A stretch of 64,000 nucleotides of DNA from Chloroflexota bacterium (GCA_028877205.1 JAPPHY010000007.1:236766-300765); one strand, 5' to 3'. Positions 17,585 through 26,942 are shown, counted from the stretch's first letter. Notes: a model not told the origin generated them from the sequence alone. A program made the numbers and translations.

Positions 17585-20017
17585 CTATCGCAGCCTGAAC
17601 AGGACGGCCCACTTGATGCGGCTCCACGCACTCGCCAGCCCGTCCGACTCCGTAGAGTCCGGCCGCGAGCCGCCGTATCTGTGCCGCACGTAGGCATGCG
17701 CCACAAGCTCCACCTCCGATCGAGCATCCGGTATCAGGGTCGAGAGGCTGTGCGAGTACTCGATGGCCGTCTGCGAGGACGGTGCGCGAAAGCCCAGCAA
17801 GGCCGCCAGGCGCTGCATCCTGCGGTAGGCGGCCTGCGCGGACCAGGGAGCGCCGTACTGGGCAACCCACAGGATGCGCATCACCGCCGCTCCAGCCAGC
17901 ATGAAGCCAGCGAACATGAGACCGCCCGCGCCGAGCGGCGTCCCGAACCTGAAGTTCGGCTCACGCGACGCCTCCTCGTCCGCGGCAGTGGCATCGGCCT
18001 CCACTGCCACCGATCGCTCTTGAGGCGACAGCTGGTCCGGGCCGCGTGGCCGCACGGGGTAGATGGGCGTTGGCTCGAATGGCGCCCAGCCTAGGCCGGG
18101 GAAGTAGACCTCCGGCCACGAGTGGTTGTGGTTGTCGCGCACCAGGAACCCCTCCGGGTCTGCCTCGCCGGGCCCGAAGCCGAGCACAAGCCGCGTGGGT
18201 ACTCCCTGCGTCCTCAGCATCATCGCCATTGCGGAGGCAAAGTAGTCGCTGTAGCTCTCCTGCGACTCGAACAGGAAGTAGTCCACCGCGTCCGCCTCGT
18301 TGGGCAGGAAGATCGGGACGCCGCTGTACTCGAACTCACGCAGGTGGGACTCGATGGCCACGGCCATGTCGTAAGGGTTGGCTGCGCCGTCCACCAGCTC
18401 GGCGGCGAGAGTGGACACCCGATCAGGCAGAGACGGCGGTATCTGGAGGTATCGCTCCACAATGGCGGGAGGATAGTCCCGCGGCGCGGCGCGCAGGGCT
18501 TCCTCGTCGGCGATGAGTATGTCGGATTCGACGGCGTAGCTGTTGCCCAGCCCAAGCTGGCCCTGCGTGGTGAAGAGCACGGGGGAGCCCTCCAGAGGCG
18601 CGCGTACCACGTCAAGCGCGATGGTGCGGCCGGGGCCATCCAGCGCGCTCCGCAGGTCGTCGGCGTACGTCGGCGATGCGGGGTCTACGGCCACGACCGA
18701 CTCCTCGCCTGCCGGGCCTGCCGGCTTTACGACGGCAGACACGCGCAGGTCGTCGGGCAGCCGCGATACGTTGGGTGGGCCCGTCGTGGAGGCCAGCGCC
18801 GCCTCGAGGTCGCGCAGGTCGCCGGCGAGGCCATCACTGCGGCCGGGCTCGGCCAGATCCAGCCGGTATGCCGGAGAGGCAGGAGCTTGCAACTGCGCGT
18901 CGGGGTCTACGTCCGCGGGAGTTCCGGCCATGAACAGGTACGGCGTCTCCACGTAGAGGTACACGGTGTAGACGGTTGGCCGCGTGTGAGGAGGCCCATC
19001 GCCTTCTCCAGAGGCAGGCGCTTCCGGCGGGGGGAGCACGTCCTGCGTTGCCGTGTCCTGCACCTTCCACACCTTGGACGTGTAGTGGTCGTACGCCACC
19101 GCCGACCAGTAGTACGGGTAGTCGGCCTCCGCAAAGAGGATGGGTTCGGTGCTGTTGGACACAGGCCTCACGAGCGACAGCACGGAGCCGAGGAACCGAA
19201 CGGAGAGTATCTCACGGTCACTCTGGCCGCCGAAAACGCGGCGCACCTCGTCGCGTATCTCGCCCCTTGCCGTCCCGTTCACTGGGTTGTAGAACCAGTC
19301 CAGGGGCGACGCCGGCGTCTGGCCCAGCGGCAGCGTCGCTGCAACAAATACCAGAGCCGCGCTCGCCCACAAGCCGTGCGTCAGCGACATTCGATGCAGC
19401 GATGCGGGATGCGCCACGCTGTCCGCCTGAAACTCGTCTAGGCGTCCCCGAATGGTGGAGTGCGCGATCATGAGCAGGCAAAGCAGGAGGAACGGCCACA
19501 GGTATGGAGACGTGCTTCCGGGCTGGTATGTAACGTTGATGACTGTGACTGCGCCCACCGGCAGGATGGTCATCCACACACTGCGGTAACGCAGGAATCC
19601 CAGCGTGGTCAGGTAGGACATGGCCCACGTGAGTGCCGTTATGGTAACGGACAGCGGCAGCCGGTCGGAGATGGGATCGCCGCTGCCGACGGCCGAGAGC
19701 CAGCTGCTGAGGCCGGTGATGAGCGCGCCGAGCTTGTCGAACAGCCCATCGCCTTCGGCGACGATAATGCCGCAGGCGCATGCCGCGAGCATGCCGGCGG
19801 CCAATGCCCGAAGATGAAGGTATGCGCGCCTCTCCTCGGACGCGAAGGCGTGGGCGGCGAGTACGGCTGCCAGGAAGGCCGCCGGCGCAAGAATGGGGGC
19901 GCTCACCCAACCGGCGAACTGCAGCGACAAGGCCGCCGTAACCAGCAGGGCCGCCTGAAGCCAGAAGGCCGCGCCGGCCCTTTGCAGGAAGCCCGGAATG
20001 TAGGCTGATAGTGGCAA
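17585..20017 (-). CDS. Transglutaminase-like domain membrane protein (TgpA/DUF3488-like)
   Basis: About 6 N-terminal TMs, a large middle domain, the core YSDYFASAMAMMLRTQGVPTRLVLGF...HSWPEVYFPGLGWAPFEPT, and a C-terminal TM. TTG start. Confidence 0.8.
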   Translation of the reverse strand: MPLSAYIPGFLQRAGAAFWLQAALLVTAALSLQFAGWVSAPILAPAAFLAAVLAAHAFASEERRAYLHLRALAAGMLAACACGIIVAEGDGLFDKLGALITGLSSWLSAVGSGDPISDRLPLSVTITALTWAMSYLTTLGFLRYRSVWMTILPVGAVTVINVTYQPGSTSPYLWPFLLLCLLMIAHSTIRGRLDEFQADSVAHPASLHRMSLTHGLWASAALVFVAATLPLGQTPASPLDWFYNPVNGTARGEIRDEVRRVFGGQSDREILSVRFLGSVLSLVRPVSNSTEPILFAEADYPYYWSAVAYDHYTSKVWKVQDTATQDVLPPPEAPASGEGDGPPHTRPTVYTVYLYVETPYLFMAGTPADVDPDAQLQAPASPAYRLDLAEPGRSDGLAGDLRDLEAALASTTGPPNVSRLPDDLRVSAVVKPAGPAGEESVVAVDPASPTYADDLRSALDGPGRTIALDVVRAPLEGSPVLFTTQGQLGLGNSYAVESDILIADEEALRAAPRDYPPAIVERYLQIPPSLPDRVSTLAAELVDGAANPYDMAVAIESHLREFEYSGVPIFLPNEADAVDYFLFESQESYSDYFASAMAMMLRTQGVPTRLVLGFGPGEADPEGFLVRDNHNHSWPEVYFPGLGWAPFEPTPIYPVRPRGPDQLSPQERSVAVEADATAADEEASREPNFRFGTPLGAGGLMFAGFMLAGAAVMRILWVAQYGAPWSAQAAYRRMQRLAALLGFRAPSSQTAIEYSHSLSTLIPDARSEVELVAHAYVRHRYGGSRPDSTESDGLASAWSRIKWAVLFRLR

Positions 20018-20163
20018 GCTAGGCCTCCGGGCCTGACTCTATTGTGTGGCCGGCCCGCGCGCCGAGGCAACTTCGCGGCCGCCGGCCGCTGCGGGAGCGA
20101 GATCGGATACCCGGCTCACCGGGCGGCCTGGCTCGCTCCCTGCGTAGTCGAGCACTCTCGCAG

Positions 20164-21501
20164 CTAGGACGGGACGTTGGAGAGGCAGAGGTAGGCGGAG
20201 CTGGTGAAGGGTGCGAAAGCGCAGATTGCGGTCTCCGCCTTCACGTTGACCTGCCGGCTGCCGGCGGTCCCGCGGAGCTGCTGAATGCTGTCGATGTACA
20301 TGGATGTGCGGGTGCGCCCGTTGCCCAGGTTGCCGCCGCCGGAGCAGAAGGGGTGCGGCCCCTCGACGCTGATGTCGCCGTTGAAGAAGTCACGTGCCTC
20401 GCCGTAGCCCACGCCGTGCCAGCCGAAGGCCTCAAGGAAGAACGGGAGGAACCAGGAGTAGCCGTCGTACGGGTTGAAGATGTCGACGTCTCGGGGAGTC
20501 CAGCCTGAGCCTTCGTATGCCATCTGGGCGGCCATGGCGTTTGCCACCTCCTGCTCGTCGCAGGTGATCTGGCTGCTGCGCGTCCTGGCGGTGTTGCCCT
20601 GGTTGTGGTTCATCACGTAGATGGGCTTCTGCTTCATGTCCCTGGCGCGCTCCGCGGTGGTGAAGACGAACGCGCCAACGGCGTTGATTGGCCTGTCGCA
20701 GTCCCAGATCTTGATGGGCCAGAAGGTGGGACGGGAGTTGATGTAGTCTTCCACGGTGAGGCCGGAGGCGCCGTTCTGGTAGTAGAAACTCCAGCCCTCC
20801 AGGTCCGACTCCTGCTTCATGAGGCCGTTCCGGTGCTCGTTGATGATGACGGGGGCCATCATGTCGTCCCATTCCACGCCGTACTTGTGGCAGTAGCCCT
20901 GCAGAGGCAGCGCGTCCTGTCCGCCGGCCGCGCCCCACGGCGTCGACCACTGGCGAGCGCCCCGGGCGTGGTCCTCGGCGTTGTCGCCGCCTCGGCGGTA
21001 GCGACCCTCAAGGTTGTTGGCGGTGTAGACGTACACCCCGACCTGGTACTTGCCCTCGGCGCAGGCCTGGGCCGCGTAGCCCATACCCTCGCCGATGGCC
21101 GGCACGTCGTCCGCGGTGTAGGTCACGTTGGACAGCTCCGGCATCTGGCTCAGCAGCCACTTGTTGGTGACGATGCTGATGCCGTCCTCGGAGTCGTAGG
21201 GCGGCGGGAAGTAGGGGCGGAAGGGCCCCCACTGGCCGGCGGGGCCGGCCACGTTGAAGCCGGCCATGTTGTCCGGGCAGCAGAGCAGGCCGTCGACCTC
21301 CTCCGGCTTCACGCCCGCGTCGTCAAGGGCGCGGCGGACTGCCAGGATGGCGTAAGCGCCCAGGATCGTGTCCATGGTGACGCCGTCCCATCGCCGGTCC
21401 ACGGGCGAGTGGCCCCATCCTGTGATCGCCACCTTGCCCTGGTGCGGCCAGACGCCAAGCCCGGTTCTATCTCTTCTCCAGGTGGTTTCCTGTGTGGCCA
21501 A
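20164..21501 (-). CDS. Thiolase-like protein, non-canonical paralogue
   Basis: It is homologous along its full length to 16132-17460 (e.g. VFTTAERA.DMKQKP.Y..NHN). It lies immediately downstream of DUF35. Confidence 0.75.
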   Translation of the reverse strand: MATQETTWRRDRTGLGVWPHQGKVAITGWGHSPVDRRWDGVTMDTILGAYAILAVRRALDDAGVKPEEVDGLLCCPDNMAGFNVAGPAGQWGPFRPYFPPPYDSEDGISIVTNKWLLSQMPELSNVTYTADDVPAIGEGMGYAAQACAEGKYQVGVYVYTANNLEGRYRRGGDNAEDHARGARQWSTPWGAAGGQDALPLQGYCHKYGVEWDDMMAPVIINEHRNGLMKQESDLEGWSFYYQNGASGLTVEDYINSRPTFWPIKIWDCDRPINAVGAFVFTTAERARDMKQKPIYVMNHNQGNTARTRSSQITCDEQEVANAMAAQMAYEGSGWTPRDVDIFNPYDGYSWFLPFFLEAFGWHGVGYGEARDFFNGDISVEGPHPFCSGGGNLGNGRTRTSMYIDSIQQLRGTAGSRQVNVKAETAICAFAPFTSSAYLCLSNVPS

Positions 21502-21558
21502 GTTTCACCTCACTTAGTAGGCAGTGATTTGCTGCGTATCGACCGTGCGATGCGTACG

Positions 21559-21957
21559 CTACTCGACCAGCTTCCACTCGTGTATCAGCTGGCCCGGAGC
21601 GACCTCTTCGAAGATGACCTCTACGGCGGCCCCCACGGGCACCTCCCGCACGGGAACGCCCGGCAGGTTGGAGTAGAAGTTGATGCGCGGGTCGTCGTCC
21701 AGGGAGATGAGGGCGATGTTGAAGGGCTGGTCGGGCACGCGCCTCTGGAGCCGGGTGTCCGTGGACACCATGAACGTGGATATGTGCCCCTTGCCGCTGG
21801 TCTCCTTCCACCCCAGGTTCTCGGAGTTGCAGTCCTGGCAGCGAGGTCTGGGCGGGTATTGCAGCGTGGGGCAGTCGTTGCAGCTCTGGACCATCAGCTT
21901 GCGTTCGTTGACGGCGTCCCAGAACGGCTTGCTCAAATCATCGGGCACCGGAATCAT
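21559..21957 (-). CDS. DUF35 OB-fold/zinc-ribbon protein
   Basis: The likely start is ATG 21957 (MIPVPDD...). It has a CxxC...CxxC ribbon (CNDCPTLQYPPRPRCQDC) followed by an OB-fold-like segment. Confidence 0.8.
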   Translation of the reverse strand: MIPVPDDLSKPFWDAVNERKLMVQSCNDCPTLQYPPRPRCQDCNSENLGWKETSGKGHISTFMVSTDTRLQRRVPDQPFNIALISLDDDPRINFYSNLPGVPVREVPVGAAVEVIFEEVAPGQLIHEWKLVE

Positions 21958-22178
21958 CTTTGGCAATGCATACCTCCTCTGCGTGCGACCTTTTCGACGA
22001 CATGATATGCGACTCCGCAGTTTTCGGCAAGCGGCCGGCGTGTGGGGTGCAGGTCGCGCCGCCTGCTTCAGGCTTGCCCGTCGCATTCAACGGAATGTAT
22101 ACTCATCGTCAACCGCGGCGAGAAGCGCGCGGCGCCTCGCACATGCGACGGCGCGCAACGCCGGGCGATAGAAGTCAC

Positions 22179-22255
22179 GGGCGGTTAGCTCAGCTGGTTA
22201 GAGCGCTTGCTTCACACGCAAGAGGTCAGTGGTTCAAGTCCACTACCGCCCACCA
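22179..22255 (+). tRNA. tRNA-Val (anticodon CAC)
   Basis: Hand-folded cloverleaf: GGGCGGT/ACCGCCC acceptor, GCTC/GAGC D stem, CTTGC-TTCACAC-GCAAG anticodon arm, AGTGG-TTCAAGT-CCACT T arm, encoded CCA. Confidence 0.9.
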
Positions 22256-22329
22256 TCAGGCCTGATAAGATCAAGGACCTTCAAATTGCGGCTCGAGCTG
22301 GGGTGTAGCTTGGGCAACGACGAAGGAGA

Positions 22330-24264
22330 ATGTTTATGGACAACGTCATCTCCCTTGAGTATCTCTTCCATAAGCGCCTGTTCAACGTGCCCGACTACCA
22401 GCGGGGCTATGCTTGGGGGCGTGAGCAGATCACAGACTTTCTTGACGACCTGGACATTCTCTCCCCCGGGCGTTTCCACTATACGGGCACTGTCGTATTG
22501 CACCGGCGCGCTGACAAGCCGGAGGTTGAAGACGAGGGCGGGAACACTTACTCCCATTTGGACGTCGTGGACGGACAACAGCGCCTAACGACTATAGTGT
22601 TGCTTCTAGACGAGATTCAAAAGGCACTGCGTGATCCAGATGCCGCGGTGGTGCCACCGCTGGCGCTAGGAATCTCTCGCAACTACATCGCCGCCACCGA
22701 CCCCAACGGCCAGCTCATTCGCAAATTGACGCTCAACAGGGATACAAAGAGCTTTTTCCAGTCTTACATTCTGGACGGAGACCACGCATTTCAGGCATCC
22801 AACGCCGCTCACATGCGACTTAGGGATGCACAGTCCCAAATCCGGAACCACATTTACCAGCACATCAGCGGATTGGATGGTACGGAGAGGATCGATTGGC
22901 TGCGAGATTTTCAGGCTAAGGTCACCCAGCGCTTGGGGTTCACCCAGTTCATTGTTGATGATGAGGCGGAGGTTGGAGTCATATTTGAGGTCATGAACGA
23001 CCGCGGCAAGCTACTCACGGACTTGGAGAAGGTCAAGAACTATCTCCTCTATGTCGGGAGTACCGTGGGCTTCGACAACCCAATCGCCGATGAGGTCAAT
23101 GAGGCTTGGTCGCACATCTTCGGGCAGCTTATGTCGGCGGGACTAACTAGGCCAGACTATGAAGACCAGCTCCTCCGAGTGCACTGGCTCTCACACTACA
23201 ACCCTCAGAAGAAGAACTGGGAAGGGGCCAAGAGCATTCGACAGAGATTCGATCTGCGAGCGTATAGGGACAGAGGTCAGGACTTGGTGAGGGATGTGCT
23301 GGAGTACACGCGTACCCTGCGGGCCTGTGTTGTACCACTCTGTGACGCATATCAGCCGCAGCGGCAAAGCGCATTCGCCGCATTTCACTCTGGGCCTGCC
23401 AAGTCTGGCGCTGTGGCATGGGGCACGCGATTGCGAAGAACGAATACCCTTGCGACCTTCCTTCCGCTTCTTCTTGCAGTTAGAGCCAGGTGGCCTGAAG
23501 ATGCGGCGACGTACCTGGAATTCGTTAGGCTCAGCGAAGTATTCGCATTTCGGGTTTACCGGTTCATCGGTGCCCGGGCCGATTACGGTGAATCGGCTCT
23601 GTATCGCCTAGCCCACAATGTGGCGCGGGGAACTGAGTCCTTTGAAGGAGCCATGGGGCGCTTCAAGCTAGAACTCTACTCGCGATGCTCGGATGAGAAA
23701 TTTCATGTAGCCCTCAGCGAAGGGAACGAGCTCATTCAAGCCGCTTACGGCAAGCGTTACCTGCGCTACTTCCTCTATGAGTATGAGACTCACCTCGCAG
23801 ACACTAAGAAGACTGAGCCGAGGGTGTCGTGGGAGGAAATACAGAGGGAGGATCTCAGAGACACTATCGAACACGTCCTTCCGCAAACGATAGACGGCCA
23901 ACGCTATTGGCGCTCGCGGTTTTGTGATCACGGTGGAGAAGTCCACGAGCGCTACAAGCATGACTTAGGCAATCTTACATTGACGAAGTGGAACCCCCAC
24001 TATGGCAACAAGTCGTTCCCTGAGAAGAGGGGAAGCCTGGGACAAGAGACAGAGTACTGCTATGCAAAGGCGCCGTTCTTCTCGGAACAGGAGTTGGCCG
24101 GTTGGTCGGACTGGGAACCCTCAAGCATCGATCAGAGGCGCGAGAACTTGCTAGCGTGGGCAAAGGAGCGGTGGAGGGTGGACTTCAGTGGGATTACGAA
24201 GCAGTCCCCGGAGGAGGAGCCGCCGGATGACGAGAGCGAGGAAGATCAAGACTCAGGGGACTGA
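22330..24264 (+). CDS. DUF262/DUF1524 protein (GmrSD-like type IV restriction enzyme family)
   Basis: The N-terminus has FNVPDYQRGYAW and DGQQRLTT (DUF262). The C-terminus has IEHVLPQT...DLGNLTLTKWNPHYGNKSF (DUF1524, His-Me finger-like). ATG 22336 has better spacing to gaaggag than 22330. Confidence 0.85.
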   Translation: MFMDNVISLEYLFHKRLFNVPDYQRGYAWGREQITDFLDDLDILSPGRFHYTGTVVLHRRADKPEVEDEGGNTYSHLDVVDGQQRLTTIVLLLDEIQKALRDPDAAVVPPLALGISRNYIAATDPNGQLIRKLTLNRDTKSFFQSYILDGDHAFQASNAAHMRLRDAQSQIRNHIYQHISGLDGTERIDWLRDFQAKVTQRLGFTQFIVDDEAEVGVIFEVMNDRGKLLTDLEKVKNYLLYVGSTVGFDNPIADEVNEAWSHIFGQLMSAGLTRPDYEDQLLRVHWLSHYNPQKKNWEGAKSIRQRFDLRAYRDRGQDLVRDVLEYTRTLRACVVPLCDAYQPQRQSAFAAFHSGPAKSGAVAWGTRLRRTNTLATFLPLLLAVRARWPEDAATYLEFVRLSEVFAFRVYRFIGARADYGESALYRLAHNVARGTESFEGAMGRFKLELYSRCSDEKFHVALSEGNELIQAAYGKRYLRYFLYEYETHLADTKKTEPRVSWEEIQREDLRDTIEHVLPQTIDGQRYWRSRFCDHGGEVHERYKHDLGNLTLTKWNPHYGNKSFPEKRGSLGQETEYCYAKAPFFSEQELAGWSDWEPSSIDQRRENLLAWAKERWRVDFSGITKQSPEEEPPDDESEEDQDSGD

Positions 24265-24440
24265 GCGGAGACTGCTTAGGTGAGGGCGCTATGGGAGAGT
24301 GGATGACCAGCTCTGTGGTAACGACGACCTTAATCACCTCCAGGGCAGCGCGTGCGGCCTCCTTGCGCCGCGACGTATTTTTCGACCGAGCGGCGCCTCC
24401 CACATGCGTTGGCGCGCCACGCCGGGCGCTTGCGGGACGA

Positions 24441-24515
24441 GGAAGGTTAGCTCAACTGGTTAGCGCTTGCTTCACACGCAAGAGGTCAGTGGTTCAAGTC
24501 CACTACCGCCCACCA
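24441..24515 (+). pseudogene. Degenerate tRNA-Val(CAC) copy
   Basis: The 3' 53 nt (24463-24515) are identical to 22203-22255. The 5' acceptor ggaaggt gives two mismatches, and a 2-nt deletion destroys the D stem. Confidence 0.6.
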
Positions 24516-24587
24516 AACCCCCAACGACATACCTTCATTCCACCTCATCTGGCGAAGAACCAATACCAGCGAGGAGAGTAAGCAACA

Positions 24588-25313
24588 GTGATGACAATTA
24601 GATACGCAGGTCTTGCATTGATGGTGGGTGTGGTCTTGGCTTGGATCGGGGGGCTATTCATGCCGGGGTATACGTTCATAAACCCGGTGGACCAGACCGA
24701 CTTCCCCGCAGCTCGGGACGCTCTGGGCGATTCTGCGATCCTTGCACATTGGATGAATCTTATCATGCTCATTTCGATGTTGCTGATGATATTCGGCTTC
24801 CTGGTACTCTACCCGCTGGCTAGCCGACAAGCTGGTGTGGGAGGCAGGCTCCTGCAGTTTGGCATCATCACCTCCATCATTGAATGGAGTATCCTCATCA
24901 TCGTCGCGGGGGTGAGGCACTTCGAAATCCACCTGATGCAGCGTAGCAAGCTGCCTGCTGACGGGTCTCTGTCGGGGGCGGACTTCGAGGCTGCGGCTCT
25001 TGCCGTTCACGTCGACATGACTGCGGTCTTGTTGGCGTTTGTGGTGCTGTACCCGCTGGCGTCCATCATGGTTGGCCTTGGGATAGCCAAACGGTTCGCA
25101 TCAATCGGACTCTACAAGGGTGCGGGCTACGTTATGGCGGCAGCCGGGCTTTTGGGGCTGGTCAACTTCGTCCTTGCAATGAACGTTCCCGACGTGGGCC
25201 TCCAGACCCAGTACGCGGTTAACAGCATAGCCCTCTATGTTGCGGGAGTTTCCCTGTTCGTCGTCGGGCTCGGCATGTACCGGGGCCGGAGCGAGCTCGG
25301 TGAGGTGTCGTAG
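24588..25313 (+). CDS. Multi-pass membrane protein, paralogue family member 1 (DUF4386-like?)
   Basis: It is similar along its full length to 45091-45816 (IRYAGLALMVGV...QFGII.SIIEWSIL...FEIHLMQRS). ATG 24591 fits the paralogue N-terminus better. Confidence 0.7.
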   Translation: MMTIRYAGLALMVGVVLAWIGGLFMPGYTFINPVDQTDFPAARDALGDSAILAHWMNLIMLISMLLMIFGFLVLYPLASRQAGVGGRLLQFGIITSIIEWSILIIVAGVRHFEIHLMQRSKLPADGSLSGADFEAAALAVHVDMTAVLLAFVVLYPLASIMVGLGIAKRFASIGLYKGAGYVMAAAGLLGLVNFVLAMNVPDVGLQTQYAVNSIALYVAGVSLFVVGLGMYRGRSELGEVS

Positions 25314-25531
25314 GTCGCATCTCGGTGTCACCACGAGGTGGAGGACGTTCGATGGCCTACTCACCCCAACAGCGATACAGGCGGAAGACAGGAACCCCAT
25401 AGCTGACACGTTCGGTACAGGCGGCCGCGGCGGGGTAGATGTCGCGGCGCCGAGTCTCCACGTGGCCCGGGAGACGGCCTCCCTACTCCGCCAGGTACTC
25501 GTTCACCTCTAGAGGAGCGTGACGGTTCGGA

Positions 25532-26014
25532 TCAGTCGTGCTCATTGCGAAACGCCTTATCCAGTTCGCCTATGTCCAGCTTGGTCATCTTCAGGAAAGC
25601 CGCTGTGACGCGTTCCACGGCCGCCGCGTCATCGCTCGACAGCATTTCGGCCAGCGCTGTGGGCACGATCTGCCAGGAAACGCCGAAGCGGTCCGTGAGC
25701 CAGCCGCACTGACCCTCCTCGCCGCCATTGGAGGTCAGCCGTTCCCACAGCCTGTTCACCTCGTCCTGGTCAACGCAATTGACCGCGAGCGACATCGCTG
25801 GGCTGAAGGTGTAGACGGGGCCTCCGTTGATGATGCAGAACTTCTGCCCCGCCAACTCGAACTCGGCGGTCATCACGTCGCCCGGCGTGCCCATGCCACC
25901 CTCGCTGAAGCGCGTAACGCTGGTGACGCGTGCGTCCTCGAAGCACGACGTGTAGAGCTCGAGAGCCTCCTCTACCCTGCCGTCGAACCACAGGTTGGTG
26001 ACGATCTTCTGCAT
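25532..26014 (-). CDS. VOC-superfamily protein, PhnB / 3-demethylubiquinone-9 methyltransferase-domain type
   Basis: MQKIVTNLWFDG..EEALELY...FELAGQKF..INGGP...GWL.DRFGVSWQIVP. Confidence 0.8.
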   Translation of the reverse strand: MQKIVTNLWFDGRVEEALELYTSCFEDARVTSVTRFSEGGMGTPGDVMTAEFELAGQKFCIINGGPVYTFSPAMSLAVNCVDQDEVNRLWERLTSNGGEEGQCGWLTDRFGVSWQIVPTALAEMLSSDDAAAVERVTAAFLKMTKLDIGELDKAFRNEHD

Positions 26015-26261
26015 GTCCTACTCTCCATCGGTCATGTCGACCGTACACGACGCCATTAACCTGATCTTGCTTTCGGATACTGCCCGGAACCGGAATGGGT
26101 CGCAGAGCGGAAATTACATTCTGTCGGCCGTCGTGATGGCGCCGTTCACGGCATCCTCCGGCCAGTGCGGGCTGATCGAGTGGATGACCGGCTCGCCGGT
26201 GCCAACTCCATTCACCGCCTCCAGCGCTGCGCGGACGGCCCCCGGCAAGACCCGGTTCTGT

Positions 26262-26942
26262 CTATTGCCACAGGTCGGGGTCGGGGCGGTTCATCATTCC
26301 GAAGCCCAGGTATCCATACCAGATGACCAGCAGCACGTAGCAGCCCCGGGCCAGGCCGATGAAGGCGTCTCGGCCGCCTTCGCTGAGTACGGCCATCATG
26401 AAGAAGACCATTATGGCCAGGCTGACCAGGGCTGCCAGCAGGGAGACTATCCGGTTGAAGTCGTCTCTCGTGGAGAGGCCCAACGCGAATATGAAGCCGC
26501 CAAACCCAAGCGTGATCCCACCGGCATAGACGAGCGCTGAGCCGACGTAGTAGACGGGGACGCTCCCACCGATCTGGTCGCTGGTCTGGGCATCGGCCAG
26601 AATGAGGTCAATGCCGCTGGCAAAAATCCAACCGGTCAGTCCGACGAAGACCATGAAGAAGCCCATTTGGACCAGCGCCTTGCCGTTGCCCTGCAGGGTT
26701 ACATTTCGCATCAGCGCATAGAGGCCCGAGAGGATCAGGGCCAGGCCAAGGATTATCCCGATGTTGGTTATCTTGGACAGCGCGGCGTTGGCGCCCTTGG
26801 CCGTTATAGAGCCAACGGAGTCTGTCACTTCGGCGCTGTCTATCAGCAGTCCACCCGGCTCCAGGAGAAAGAAGACGAAGGCGACTATCGGGCCGAAGAT
26901 GAGGGAGAGACCTGCCAGCCGGTTCACGGATATCGTGCCCAT
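26262..26942 (-). CDS. Multi-pass membrane protein, paralogue family member 2
   Basis: It shares the N-terminal TM plus the PGGLLID motif and overall topology with 48942-49658. Confidence 0.65.
   Translation of the reverse strand: MGTISVNRLAGLSLIFGPIVAFVFFLLEPGGLLIDSAEVTDSVGSITAKGANAALSKITNIGIILGLALILSGLYALMRNVTLQGNGKALVQMGFFMVFVGLTGWIFASGIDLILADAQTSDQIGGSVPVYYVGSALVYAGGITLGFGGFIFALGLSTRDDFNRIVSLLAALVSLAIMVFFMMAVLSEGGRDAFIGLARGCYVLLVIWYGYLGFGMMNRPDPDLWQ

Noticed and set aside
26100-26261. Minus-strand reading frame ...LPGAVRAALEAVNGVGTGEPVIHSISPHWPEDAVNGAITTADRM* between the membrane paralogue and the VOC gene
   Set aside because: It looks protein-like but is at most 45 codons, has no convincing start or SD, and has no recognisable family. 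It is possibly the 3' remnant of a lost gene, but too weak to annotate.
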